A stretch of 64,000 nt of DNA from Tubulanus polymorphus (Eukaryota > Animalia > Nemertea), in NCBI RefSeq assembly GCF_964204645.1, contig NC_134029.1, positions 12,426,850 through 12,490,849 on the forward strand, in the 5' to 3' direction. Numbering within the stretch: position 1 is the first letter of the stretch; each line of letters starts with the position of its first letter. Under the pieces are notes generated by a model that saw nothing but the letters and a program-made list of their open reading frames with translations, was not told the DNA's origin and did not search any database. A program made the position numbers and the translations under genes. Below, piece by piece: positions 25,608 through 39,700 of this stretch.

Positions 25608-28600
25608 TGGGCGACAAAACAAAAAACATTAATTGTCGCGGGCGACAAAACCAAAAAAATGAATTGTCGCGGGCGATAAAACTAAAATCTTGAATTGTCG
25701 CAGGCGACAAAACCAAAATATTGAATTGTCGCGGGCGACAAAACCAAACCAATGAATTGTCGCGGGCGATAAAACCAAAATAATGAATTGTCGCGGGCGA
25801 TAAAACCAAAATAATGAATTGTCGCTGGCGATAAAACCAAAATATTGAATTGTCGCAGGCGATAAAACCAAAATATTGAATTGTCGCGTGGGACAAAACC
25901 AAAATATTGAATTGTCGCGGGCGACAAAACCAAACTAATGAATTGTCGCGGGAGATAAAACCATAATAATGAATTGTCGCGGGCGATAAAACCAAAATAA
26001 TGAATTGTCGCTGGCGATTAAACCAAAATAATGAAATGTCGCGTGCGACAAAACCAAAATAATGAATGTCGTGGGCGATAAAACCAAAATAATGAATCGT
26101 CGCGTGTGACAAAACCAAAAAAATGAATTGTCGGGGGCGACAAAACCAAAATATTGAATTGTCGCGGGCGACTAAACCAAACTAATGAATTGTTACGGGC
26201 GATAGAACCAAAATAATGAATTGTCGCTGGCGATAAAACCAAAATATTGAATTGTCACTGGTGGTAAAACCAAAATACATGTAATGAATTGTCGCAGGCG
26301 ATAAAACCAAAATAATGAGTTCTCGCTGGCGATAAAACCAAAATAATGAATTGTTGCTGGCGATAAAACCAAAATATTGAATTGTCGCAGGCGATATAAC
26401 CAAAATATTGAAGTGTCGCAGGCGATAAAACCTCGACAAAAAAAAAAATTGTCGCGGGCGATAAAACCAAAATAATGAATTGTCGCGTGCGACAAAACCA
26501 AAATAATGAATGTCGTGGGCGATAAAACCAAAATATTGAATTGTCGCGTGTGACAAAACCAAAAAAATGAATTGTCTCGGGCGATAAAACCAAAATCTTG
26601 AATTGTCGCGGGCGACAAAACCAAAATAATGAATTGTCGCGGGCAACTAAACCAAACTAATGAATTGTTACGGGCGATAAAACCAAAATAATGAATTGTC
26701 GCTGGCGATAAAACCAAAATATTGAATTGTCGCGGGCGATAAAACCAAAATAATGAATTGTCGCTGGCGACAAAACCAAAATATTGAATTGTAGCGGGCG
26801 ACAAATCCAAAAAAATGAATTGTCGCGGGCAACAAAACCAAAATGGTTAATTGTTGCGGGCGATAAAACCGTAATAATGAATTGTCGCAGGTGATAAAAC
26901 CAAAATAATGAAGTGTCTCGGGCGACAAAACCAAAATAATGAATTATCGCGGGCGATAAAACGAAAATATTGAATTGTCGCGGGCGACAAAACCATAAAA
27001 AAAATTGTCGCGGGCGACAAAAACAAAATAATGAATTGTCGCGGGCGATAAAACCAAAATAATGAATTGTCGCGGGCGATAAAACCAAAATAATAAATTG
27101 TCTCGGGCGACAAAACCAAAATAATGAATTATCGCCGGCGATAAAACCAAAATATTGAATTGTCGCCGGCGACAAAACCAAAAAAAAATTGTCGCGGGCG
27201 ACAAAAACAAAATATAAAACCAAAATAATGAATTGTCGCTGGCGATAAAACCAAAGTAATGAATTGTCGTGGGCGATCAAACCAAAATAATGAATTGTCT
27301 CGGGCGACAAAAACAAAATATTGAATTGTCACGTGCGACAAAACCAAAATAATGAATTGTCGCGGGCAACAAAACCAAAATAATGAATTGTTGCGGGCGA
27401 TAAAACCAAAATAATGAATTGTCTCGTGCGACAAAACCAAAATAATGAATTATCGCGGGCGATAAAACCAAAATATTGAATTGTTGCAGGCGATAAAACC
27501 AAAATATTGAATTGTCGCGGGTGACAAAACCAAAAAAAAATTGTCGCGGGCGACAAAAAAAAAATATAAAACCAAAATAATGACTTGTCGCGGGCGACAA
27601 AACTAAAAAGAAGGATAAAAAATTGTCGCGGGCGACAAAAACAAAATATAAAACCAAAATAATGACTTGTCGCGGGCGACAAAACCAAAATAATGAATTG
27701 TCGCTGGCGATAAAACCAAAGTAATGAATTGTCGTAGGCGATAAAACCAAAATATTGAATTTTTCGCGGGCGACAAAACCAAAATATTGAATTGTCGTGG
27801 GCGACAAAAAACAAAATATTGAATTGTCGCGGGCAACAAAACCCAAAAAAAATTGTCGCGGACGATAAAAACAAAATATTTAAAAAAAATAATGAATTGT
27901 CTCGGTCGACAAAACCAAAAAGAAGAATTGTCGCGGGCGACAAAACCAAAATAATGAATTGTCGCTGGAGATAAAACCAAAGTAAGGAATTGTCGCGGGC
28001 GATAAAACCAAAATATTGAATTGTCGCGGGCGACAAAACCAAAATGGTGAATTGTCGCGGGCGACAAAACCAAAATAATGAATTGTTGCGGGCGATAAAA
28101 CCAAAATAATGAATTGTCTCGTGCGACAAAACCAAAATAATGAATTATCGCGGGCGATAAAACCAAAATATTGAATTGTTGCAGGCGATAAAACCAAAAT
28201 ATTGAATTGTCGCGGGTGACAAAACCAAAAAAAAATTGTCGCGGGCGACAAAAAAAAAATATAAAACCAAAATAATGACTTGTCGCGGGCGACAAAACTA
28301 AAAAGAAGGATAAAAAATTGTCGCGGGCGACAAAAACAAAATATAAAACCAAAATAATGACTTGTCGCGGGCGACAAAACCAAAATAATGAATTGTCGCT
28401 GGCGATAAAACCAAAGTAATGAATTGTCGTAGGCGATAAAACCAAAATATTGAATTTTTCGCGGGCGACAAAACCAAAATATTGAATTGTCGTGGGCGAC
28501 AAAAAACAAAATATTGAATTGTCGCGGGCAACAAAACCCAAAAAAAATTGTCGCGGACGATAAAAACAAAATATTTAAAAAAAATAATGAATTGTCTCGG

Positions 28601-29486
28601 TCGACAAAACCAAAAAGAAGAATTGTCGCGGGCGACAAAACCAAAATAATGAATTGTCGCTGGAGATAAAACCAAAGTAAGGAATTGTCGCGGGCGATAA
28701 AACCAAAATATTGAATTGTCGCGGGCGACAAAACCAAAATGGTGAATTGTCGCGGGCGACAAAACCAAAATGGTGAATTGTCGCGAGCGACAAAACCAAA
28801 ATAATGAATTGTCGCGGGCGATAAAACCGTAATAATGAATTGTCGCGGGCGATAAAACCAAAATAATGAATTGTCTCGGGCGACAAAACCAAAATAATGA
28901 ATTATTGCGGGCGATAAAACCAAAATATTGAATTGTCGAGGGCGACAAAACCAAAATGGTGAATTGTCGCGGGCGACAAAACCAAAATGGTGAATTGTCG
29001 CGAGCGACAAAACCAAAATAATGAATTGTCGCGGGCGATAAAACCGTAATAATGAATTGTCGCGGGCGATAAAACCAAAATAATGAATTGTCTCGGGCGA
29101 CAAAACCAAAATAATGAATTATTGCGGGCGATAAAACCAAAATATTGAATTGTCGCGGGCGACAAAACCACGTAGCGGGCGACAAAAACAAAATATAAAA
29201 CCAAAATAATGAATTGTCGCGGGCGGCAAAACTAAAAAGAAGGATTGTCGCGGGCGACAAAACCAAAATAATGAATTGTCGCTGGCGATAAAACCAAAGT
29301 AATGAATTGTCGTGGGCGATAAAACCAAAATATTGAATTTTTCGCGGGCGACAAAACCAAAATATCGAATTGTCGCGGGCGACAAAATCAAAATCATTGT
29401 TTTCTCGCGTTATTTTAGTTTTGTCGTTTTGTCGTAATGTCGCCCTCATTTGCATATTCGTGTTTTTTATCGTATCAGCCACCATA
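25608..29486. repeat. 31-bp minisatellite array C with higher-order duplications and the ...CAGCCACCATA terminus
   Basis: Tandem units to ~29395; internal 695-bp and 217-bp duplications. Confidence 0.95.
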
Positions 29487-30783
29487 CTTAAGCCTTAAGG
29501 TCGCGTAAAACTCGATAAACACTTCAAGCGACACAGCGAACGATCCCTTTCCCCCACAGCGAACGCTTACTCCGAATGTCAAGTGTGAGTCCAGCATACG
29601 GATAGGAGTGTGTTATATACTTGTATTTAGTAAATACCTTGTGCATTTGACAATGATCGGTATGTACTGTAGGAAATATAGAGTATTGATGGTATTGATA
29701 TAGAGGTTGAAGCCCGCGGCCGAATAAAGTAATATATTCTTTTATTTTGATACCTCGTCGACATAACAGCTTTTCTCCGTTATATCTCTTGTTTAGTTTA
29801 GGCCTACGACTCCCCGGTACACTTATGATTTATCTTAGTAAATACACGGTTAATTTGGTAAAGAAAAATAGGTATTGCTAAACTAACTGCTTGACGCCCG
29901 CAGCCAAATCACTGGTAGTTATAAATTAATTTGTACTCGATTTGATTCTCATGATGAGGAGAAACTCGCAGCTGATCCCCGGAACGACGATGTAGTAACA
30001 CACGTCTGTTGGAGTAGTATTCAGGGAACCGCTTGAATCGAGGAACCGGTAGATGGCGGGTCAATCGCTCATTCAATAGATGGCGTTCCTTTCATCAGTA
30101 GGAGCAATGGCTGCCAATCGAACTGTAAATATCGAAAAAATGCACTCAAAAAATGATGATAGGATGAGCTTAGCCTTAGGCCTTAATTTCAAGCTAGATT
30201 TTTATGCTTCCACCGTGCTCGAATTTAGGGGATCCAGAAGGGAGGTTTTACCTGGATCAAAGTTCCGTGACGAATGAGGTTGTGTAACAACGCGCAAAAT
30301 CATGCGGAAATCTTTGCTGCATGAATTGAATGTACTAATTACACTTACAGCGCCCTAGGCTACAAGCCATGGATGAATCAAATTGTCTTAATTTGGACAA
30401 AGTTCTATATTCGGCCTATCCCAGTTGGTTTTAGCAAGGTTCCACTGATTGATTTATTCTCTTGAACTTTGAAACATGCCATAATAGGAGCCCTAAATCA
30501 ATTTGGTCTTAATTTGATAGTACCGATACCAAAGTCGTCATTGAATCAATTTCTTTCAATCTGAATCAGAGCAGAGAATACTTAATGAACTATGCCTAAA
30601 TCAATTTTAACAATTTGTTCACGTGCCCAACGTTTTAAATTAATCTCAAATCATCAAAAATATGGTTTATAAGCATGGAAACAGGAAACATCTCAAGAAT
30701 TTCAAACCTTTTCTCTTCAACATGAGAAAATGAAGACTTTTTGACAATCCTTCAATGCCATGTGAAAAATCAATGGATATAAA

Positions 30784-33700
30784 ATGATGGTAGGCCTATA
30801 TTGAGACTGCACAGTTTCACGGGTGGTATTTAATTAAGACCAAATTTGAGGTATGTGTTGAAAAGATTAAGCAAAATATCCCCAAAAAATTGGGTGCTGA
30901 TCAGGCCAAATATGAAGGCACTTTGGGTCTTTGAGGGGGTCCCTGGACTCGGGGCCAAGAATAGTCCCCAGGGTTGTATTGTAAAGCCACCAGGAGTCCA
31001 TTTACCTGTTAGGGGGGTCCCTGGGCCCGGGGCCAAGACTCATCGGGCAAATGTGATGAGGGTTTGGTTAATCGTAAAGGGGTACACCCTGCAGGTTCTT
31101 GTTAAATTTAGCACTAATCGGACCACAGGTAAAGCCACCAGGAGTCCATTTATCTGTTAGGGGGGGTCCCTGGGCCCGGGGCCAAGACTCATCGGGCAAA
31201 TGTGATGAGGGTTTGGTTAATCGTAAAGGGGTACACCCTGCAGGTGCTTGTTAAATTTAGCACTAATCGGACCACAGGTAAAGCCACCAGGAGTCCATTT
31301 ACCTGTTAGGGGGGTCCCTGGTCCCGGGGCCAAGACTCATCGGGCAAATGTGATGAGGGTTTGGTTAATCGTTAAAAGGTACACCGTGCAGGTGCCTGTT
31401 GAATTTAGCACCAATCGGACCACAGGTAAAGCCACTAGGAGTCCATTTACTTGGTAGGGGCCAAGACTCATCGGGCAAATGTGATGAGGGTTTGGTTAAT
31501 CGTTAAAAGGTACACCCTGCAGGTGCTTGTTGAATTTTGTGCCGATACAAGGTAGTTAATCTGTAATTGATTGTTTCATTGTAGGTGCTTCCTCCAGGTC
31601 TTAGAAACCCTGGTAATGTCTGTTTCCTCAATTCTGTCGTGCAATGTCTTCGGGCCACCCGAGGCTTTTTACATCGCTTTTTTAAGAAAGCATGTTCGCA
31701 GCCCTGTAGGCCTACCTGCAATGCATGTAACATTCAGCAATCGTTACTTGGCAACACTGAGCCACTTATTGATAACATAAAAGGTATGTATAATTTTCAT
31801 TGCAGTTTTTAAATGACAGACTTGTATGATAGATGAAACAACAATTTTTGATTGAAATGGTTTTAACTTGCAGCGTTGTTATTTGACAATTGTTGTTTCA
31901 CTGTCGAGTTAGAATATCTACTTAATTCACAGTGGATAAGTACATGCCTATTGTCAGACAGACCATCAAATTTGTGTCTGAATGAAAGGTCAAGGCAACG
32001 TGGGCTCCAAAAGCACAAGATAAATCCATGGGCACAAGATTATCAGTAGGTGAAGGAACTACATTACAGAGCCGCAGCTTTCGATGTTCCTGAGATCGTA
32101 CATAGTCTCTATGGGCATAGAAAATCTCATAGTGTTCATACGATTATTCTTGATGAAAAGAAACGTGGGTTTTTTGCTAGCATTGAAGTGCATGTAGCAA
32201 TTTTGCGATCTTTATCAGAAAGCATTGTTATTGAATATGACTCCCTATGTACTTTTGTAATTATATTTTCCAGACTTCGTGGTCGATGCAGAAAAGCACC
32301 AACAGCAAGATGTGATGGAATTTTTTCATGGCGTGTGTTTGAAAATCAAAGAAAAGTAATTATTTTGTTCTCATCTTTTTAGCCAACTTGGTACCCACTT
32401 GGTACCATCCCCCCTGGTAGGGCTTGAAATCTGATGGCATTGATTGAGACTTGCCACTTCATGAAACCTTACCATACTAGACAGAGAATGCAGCTTAGAA
32501 GATGCAATTATAAGCCAATCATAAATCCTGATTAATTTAAGCCCAGGTTTTTCCATTGATAGTTTATCTGTGAAATTATTCTCGGTGATTATTCAATCAA
32601 TCTGATTGGTGCCGCAAGTTTTCAAACCTGCATCTAGTGTGGCAGAGTTTCGTGCCGCTGCTAAGTCTAGCAATGCCATCAAGTTCTTATCCCTGCCAGG
32701 GGGATAACTTAGGATTTACATCCCACTTCTTTCATCATCTGTAGACAGAATCTAGTTTTCAATACGCTTTGATTATGACCTTTCCAAGTCATAGGTTTGT
32801 GCATATATGTTCACCAGAGGGCATTGAATTTTGAAATTGTCAGATGAAATTGTCAGATTGTTGACCAGTTCAGATGGCGCGGTGTCCTTGGACCTCAGAC
32901 CGGCCTGGTCAGAATCAAGATGGCCGACTGGTGCTGGCACTGTATCGTGGTTCAGTTCATTTTTCTAATCAAGACAAAATCTACTCCTACCTTTAATTGC
33001 ATTCCTGTTTCGTTATCTGATATAAGCATTTCATAAGGCTGTGGTAAACCTCTTGGCGCATTATTATTATTATTTCAAACCACCTTCCAAGTGGGCATGG
33101 TATCCCTATGGACCCCTAGTCAACTTTTTACCCTAAGAGGTATGGGTATGATTTCCATATTTTACTTTTTCATACTGGTATATTTTGTGATCAATCTATT
33201 CTGTATTTGCTGTCACCTAGCGTACTATATTTTCAGTTTTCACTTTTGTTCTCTCTAGCTTCACTTGTGTATTTATTTGCAGAATGCCGCTTTGTTTTGA
33301 ATTTGTGCTGAAAACAACAGGTAGGTCGATGTGACTTTTCACAGAAAATTGCTGATATTTTCCTAATCAATTTTTGTAATGATGTAGCTATCCATTTGCA
33401 GACACTTGCCTGGAATGTGGAAAAGAGAGCATACGTCAGTCGGAACATTTGAATATGTCTTGTGCCATCGAGGTGAATATTAAGAATGTATTATATGCTA
33501 GTATTAGAAATTGCTCCACTGTTGTTGGATTGTATACAACCATGGAAGATGAACCGTGTCGACCCCTGATAGATTCAAACAGCTCATATCAGTGACTTGG
33601 AATTAATTTTGACCAGTTCCAAGATATACGGATATTCTGATTATGTGAAAAATTGGCCTTTAGTGGGTGTGGCAGGAGGTGGTATATCGCGGGTTTGGTT

Positions 33701-36700
33701 CACTGCAAGTTTTTTTAGTAAAATAACAATAATTACGCAGAAGCTCATCTGCAATTTGACTTATAATAGTGGTAGGGCTACAAGATCTGTTAATGCAAAT
33801 ATGCTTATGGTACCTAGAACACTCATTAGGTCTGGTGATCATGTCTTTAAATCTTATGGACCTCGTTTATGGAATACACTTCCTGTGGATATGAGAACAA
33901 TTGTTACATTGAGACATATAAAAACTTATTTAAGAATTGTCTGTTTAAAAGGGCCTTCCTCGACCAAGAGATAGCACAGTTAGCAAGTTTTTCAGTATAG
34001 TGCTTTACAAATTACTTGTGCTATGTCAATGACAAACCTATAATTAGATTCATCTTTGAATTCATTTTGTAGTCAGAAGAACGGAAAGCATTCCAGACCA
34101 TTCAGGAATGCGTAACTAATTTCTTCAGTCTAGAGGAGGTGACGGTTCGGTGTTCAGAGTAAGATATCAAAGATTAAGTACCAGTATACTCTCTTTCAGT
34201 CCACTTCTAATACAAATGATGTAACCTTGTTATTCTTATAGTATTAACAACTATAAGTTTGGTTGTGTGCACTGTATATGTATAACCTACCGGTAAATAT
34301 CATCAGATATAATACATGTCCCCACTTAATCCATCAACAGGTGTCCGTGTGAACAAGCTTTTCGCTTTCAAGAACTTGTGAATGCACCTGATTTCATTGT
34401 CATTGATTTGAAAAGGTTAGCCATGTTATTTGTATTTTTTGAGCTGTTTCACATCGTAAATTTGATAATATCTATAATGGAAATATAATGATAATATATA
34501 TAATATATGAACTTTCTAATTGAAATACTTATAATGGATTTCATATAGATATCGTTGGTTCGGCAATGCAGGGAAACTCATGCACCACGTAAACATTGGA
34601 AAGAATTTAGATATTCTTGTTGGAAATGATCAGGTAATCTTCTACTATTTCACTTGGAAGTTGTTTAAAACAATGTAAAACGCTTGCATGACATTGTGGC
34701 ATGCTCTAGGGGAAATTTTTTCCCAGTTACGTTTTAACTCCTGACACTATTAATCATTATAATCAGTATTACTCAATAGCGTATTTTATTATCATGATCA
34801 TTTGAAGTGCTTTGATCAAAGTAAATCTTGAGTGTCAAGAATCAGTCATCATGTTTTTTGTATGTGTGATTTCAGTATGTTTATGAGTTATATGCTGTCA
34901 TTACTCATCGAGGTGTCGAGGTAACCAGTGGGCACTTTGTTGCGTATCTGAAAGTTCTGAATGGTTGGGCTCTTGCCGATGATGATAATGTAAGTTTAGC
35001 AAATCAATAATGAAATGAAAGCTAATTTATGATCAAAGTATGATTTGGGTCGTTGAATTCTAATGCAGTTCATGTTAATACAAATGTATTCCAAAACCTG
35101 TCATCAATTAAATCTATTGATATATAATGAGATTAGGCTATACATTATTTTTTCATCTGTCAGGTTTCCAGTATGAGAGCTCCAATCTTTCAAGGAGGCG
35201 AGCCGTATGGTTGCTTTTACGAAAAGAAAATTCACTCTGTAAGTACAATTTGCTTATTCATATTGATACACGGATATATGTATCAATAACCACAATCAAT
35301 TGCAAAATTGTAACTCCTGGTGGCTTTACCTGTGGTCCGATTAGTGCTAAATTTAACAAGCACCTGCAGGGTGTACCCCTCAACGATTAACCAAACCCTC
35401 ATCACATTTGATTAGTTTTTAGTATATGGTCACCAGGGGACATTGAATATTGGAGTATTCTGATTGTTGAGCAGCATTTCAAACCACATCCCATGGTGTC
35501 CCTGGATAGTTTAATATTGACAAGTTCGATCCCTACGTTATCTTGACTTAAGCACGTACAGAAGATTCCTATCTGTTTAATCAATCACATCAGTTTAATA
35601 AAAAAAAAGACCTTGCCTACAAGGCTGTCAAATTTGTATTATCATGTATAGTATATATTTAGCCCACATTTGATTTGTGAAGTGTTAGAAATTTTCTTAT
35701 CATTATTACTATAAGATATATCATTTATTATAGAGGTTTTGATTCGCAATTATTGTGCAAAGCTTGGAGCACAGGTTGACATGACTACAGTTTTTTATGT
35801 ATTGCTCAGCCTTTTTTTAAATGTCTTTCAATTCATATATTGCAGGTTTATACATCAGAAATGCCTCAAACTGTAAGTAGAAATAATTTATTTCTTATTC
35901 CTGAATTGTACCTCATTGGGTTTTGAACCAACTTTTGACGTATGTGGTCCTGAGCTTAATTTCTATATATAAACGTCTGAATCAGACAGTGATTATGTAT
36001 ATTTGTGACAATTTGCTGAAATCTAATTTACCGGTAGTTAACTCAACCTATGTTCAACGGAGGAATGATAAATTGCTGATCTTAGTTAAGATTCAAATAG
36101 ATGATTTGGGGAATTAATACACTTATCATATCGAAATTTGTATGGGAAAATTTAGAGGTTTAACAAGTTTTGAACCTATGAGTTTTAGAAGTTTTGTAGA
36201 AAAAGATTTTTAATTAATCATTGTTTAAAGTTTGGCCCATCACCATAAGAAAAATTTGGTCGATCGGACTCAAGTTGGCAGTCCTATGACCTTTTTAGTG
36301 CCCAAAAATGTCAATTTTGGCACAAATTCTGAGTCCTGTAGCTTCTTACTGGTTTGCCATTTCTCATTGCAATTTGTGATGGGTATTCTTTGGACCCCTA
36401 GTTTGTGTGGCGAAAATGGACCGTGTTTAACATCTCCGGTTCGTTTTCGTTACAACATCTCATCCTTTCCTCCGATATCTCCAGGTGGAGCGATTTCATA
36501 TATATAAATATGTTTTGTATTGTGTAAATTTGTATCTGTGTACTACTGTCAATTTTTCGGGCGTCTCGTTACGGTCTATCGCGTTCGGGTTGGGGGTTTT
36601 GGTCGGTTTCTGTCGGGAAATAGCACGATCACATCTTTTTATTCGGCTTTTATCATAAATTCGCGCTATGACATTCTGGTTACTTACCGGCAGTCTATTC

Positions 36701-39700
36701 CTTTGTATTCGCTTTTCAATTTTGAACTGCCGTTTTGTGATGTCATAATCCCACTTTCATCATATTTCCGTAGTTTGATTTGTTCTCATCGGTTTCTCGC
36801 TCGCGAGTTGAGCATTGTCGCACTGCTAGGCGGCTCACTATTATTGCGCGCGGATATCAAACTCGGGTTTGATTTTCAAATTCCGCTTTTGACCTTTCAA
36901 ACTTATTCTTTTGGCATTTTTATCGCGTATATCGTGATATCCCTTACAAAAAATCACTCATGTGATTTTTTAAAAAACACGTGTGATTCACATGTGTAAA
37001 AATGGGACATTATCACACATGTGATTCTGTATGTGAATCACACGTGTGATTTTGTATGTGAATCACACGTGTGATTTTGTCCCATTTTTACACATGTGAA
37101 TCACACATGTGATTCACATGTGATTTTGTCCCATTTTTACACATGTGAATCACACGTGTGATACAGCCCTGAATGTAAATCACACATGTCATATAACACA
37201 GTTATGTGTGATTTATAACGCATGTGATCTGCAGTCATCCTCATTGTTCCAGCTCCACACGACTGTATTCAAGAAGAAGTATAAGTACACATTCATAATG
37301 GTCAAAATTTGACCTCTTCCTTCATTGGACATGATGTTTCATCCATACTTCACAATTTCCTAAAAACTCATTGCCTGAAAGGAGATCTGCATATTGGCAA
37401 AACGAAATGAAGTTTCAAAATTACCAACCAAATGTAATAACTCACTTGTGTAAGCTTACATGTTAATGGGAATTTTATTTTCAAATATTTACAGATTTAC
37501 TTCGTCAATTTATACTGTTTCAGCATTTGTCCAATCTTCTTTCTAATTTGGGCCGCGGTAACCCCCAATCTACAATTCAGAACATGATCTGGAATGAGAC
37601 AAAATTATAAAACATTTAAATACTACACACAATTCCAAACAATAAATCAATAAATCAATATCCCTAATATCAATCATCTGATGAAAAAAGCCAAAGTTAC
37701 ATTATTATGATAAGTGAAACCAGACGAAAAACGGCGCTATTGTAACACTAGCTTATAAATTTTTTCAATCAACACTTACCATAACAGGGCTCAAAACCTC
37801 TTTTTCAGTAATTTGTTCCGGCTGAAAGTATACGTTTCATTCTCCGTGTAGATAAATTACTACTCGAGGAAATGTACTGACTCCCTAGATTAATAACGGA
37901 AAATTCCATTTTAATTTGTAAATGATTCATTCCAATGTAGAAAGAATTGGCAAATACTGTTCAATACCGGCTGAGCATTCAGTTTAGGAATGATACAATA
38001 TAGCATTAGTATGCAAACGAGTGTCTTATTCCTGGACATATCGTGATTTAAAAATAGTTCATGGTGTAATCTAGGCCTACTTGTTAGGCATGGACATGTT
38101 GTACTTTGCATGCATCAATCATGTCCATGAAATAAAGTTTGGATGAATTTGATTTAATTGATTGATTGGTACACGCCACTGATTTTACCGATTACAGTAC
38201 ATTCAATTAACATCATCGACTATGAATATTTGACGAAACACAATAATACTTGCTTTTGAGCTTGGATTCAAACACCAGACTTTTCGAACTAAGAAATTAA
38301 CCATCAAAATTGATTAAAAACAGCAACGACTATCCTCGAAATAATTGCAAATGGCGCCGTGCGTGCCTGCATGCTCATTCCAAGTCCTTTGCTAGCCGTC
38401 GTCAACGGTTCGAATCCCGTAAATACCTGCTAATTTTTCGAAGTCGTTTTTGAATATTAATATTTTTTTAGAACTCAACAGCGAATGTAAAAACATATCA
38501 TAACCTTATTTTATTCATTTAGCGGAATGAAAATACAAACTCACTAGTCCGTGGACATTGGTTCTTGGTTTTTGCACAGTAGGGGTGTCAGTGTTAGATA
38601 AAATCTAACCATGTGTTGAAAATGTTGAAATAATGAGTACAGTTATGGAAATATTCTTATTCCAACATGGATTCTATGACTAAAATGCAGATGTTCAGAA
38701 TTTGGAACCAACATGGGAATGGTTCATATCCGAAATATTCACACTGTGTTGTAGATTGGAATAACTGATGTTAATCACATGTGTTATTCTAATGACACGC
38801 GTGATCCTAGCGGTTACACATGTGATCTGTGTTGTTGAGCCAATCACATGTGTGAATCACACATGTATTTCTCAATCACACATGTATTTCAGAATCACAC
38901 ATGTGATCATGTGTTATTCACACATGTGATATGCTCCACAACACAGATCACACATGTGATAGCTGGAATCACATGTGTTTTCTGTGTCTTTCACACCTTT
39001 CACACATGTAATGTGTGTTATTCACACATATAACATGTGTGAATTTTTTGTAAGGGATCACTAATGGCCAATGAGCGCCCCCGGATTTCTATAAAATGCG
39101 GGTCGTTCGAGCACAGTCATTCTGATTTTCGAATCACACGCACGTACTTATAGTATCAGCGAACAACTTACAGCAATTAAATTCTTAATCGAATATAACT
39201 ATTAAAATGTAAGCGATAAGAGACGCGCCCTCTCTATCCCGCCTTCGGGTTGGATAGGGTCATCTTGTCCAACCCGAAGGATGAGATATATTCACTTTTA
39301 GATCGTCCGGCCAAGTTAGATGTTGACCGAGTTTGATTTTGGCCAAGTTTGATTCCGGCCCAGTTTGATTTCAACCAAGTTTGATTTTTTCGGTCTCCTA
39401 GTCTAGCAAAATCTACCGACCGAGAGCGTCACTATGATGGACAGTCATGATCAATTTTGTTTAGTTTAGTCGAGCTGACTTTTGTTCATACGTAAAATCA
39501 TTTTCCGGGCGTATTGATCGTCACATCATTTTCAACTACGACTGTATTGATCCACTCTCGGTCGAGCGATTTTGCTCCGATTGTATATAAAATATATATG
39601 TTTCTACATTTGAGCGCGATTGAATAATGATTTGAGATCGTCGCTATAATTTTCAAATCATCTCTCACCGTACGCCCGAATAAGGTGACTCTAACGTAAT

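Noticed and set aside
2660-29395. Many long minus-strand ORFs (VLSPATIHYFGFIARDNSLFWFYRPRQF...) in the satellite arrays
   Set aside because: Translation artefacts: the 31-bp unit lacks stops on the minus strand and cycles through all three frames.
30846-31457. ORFs with repeated PPGVHLPVRGVPGPGAK
   Set aside because: Translations of the intronic 148-bp tandem repeat.
38400-38420. GGTTCGAATCCC B-box (also at 47460) as a tRNA gene
   Set aside because: No cloverleaf or matching acceptor stem; both lie inside DNA-transposon sequence.
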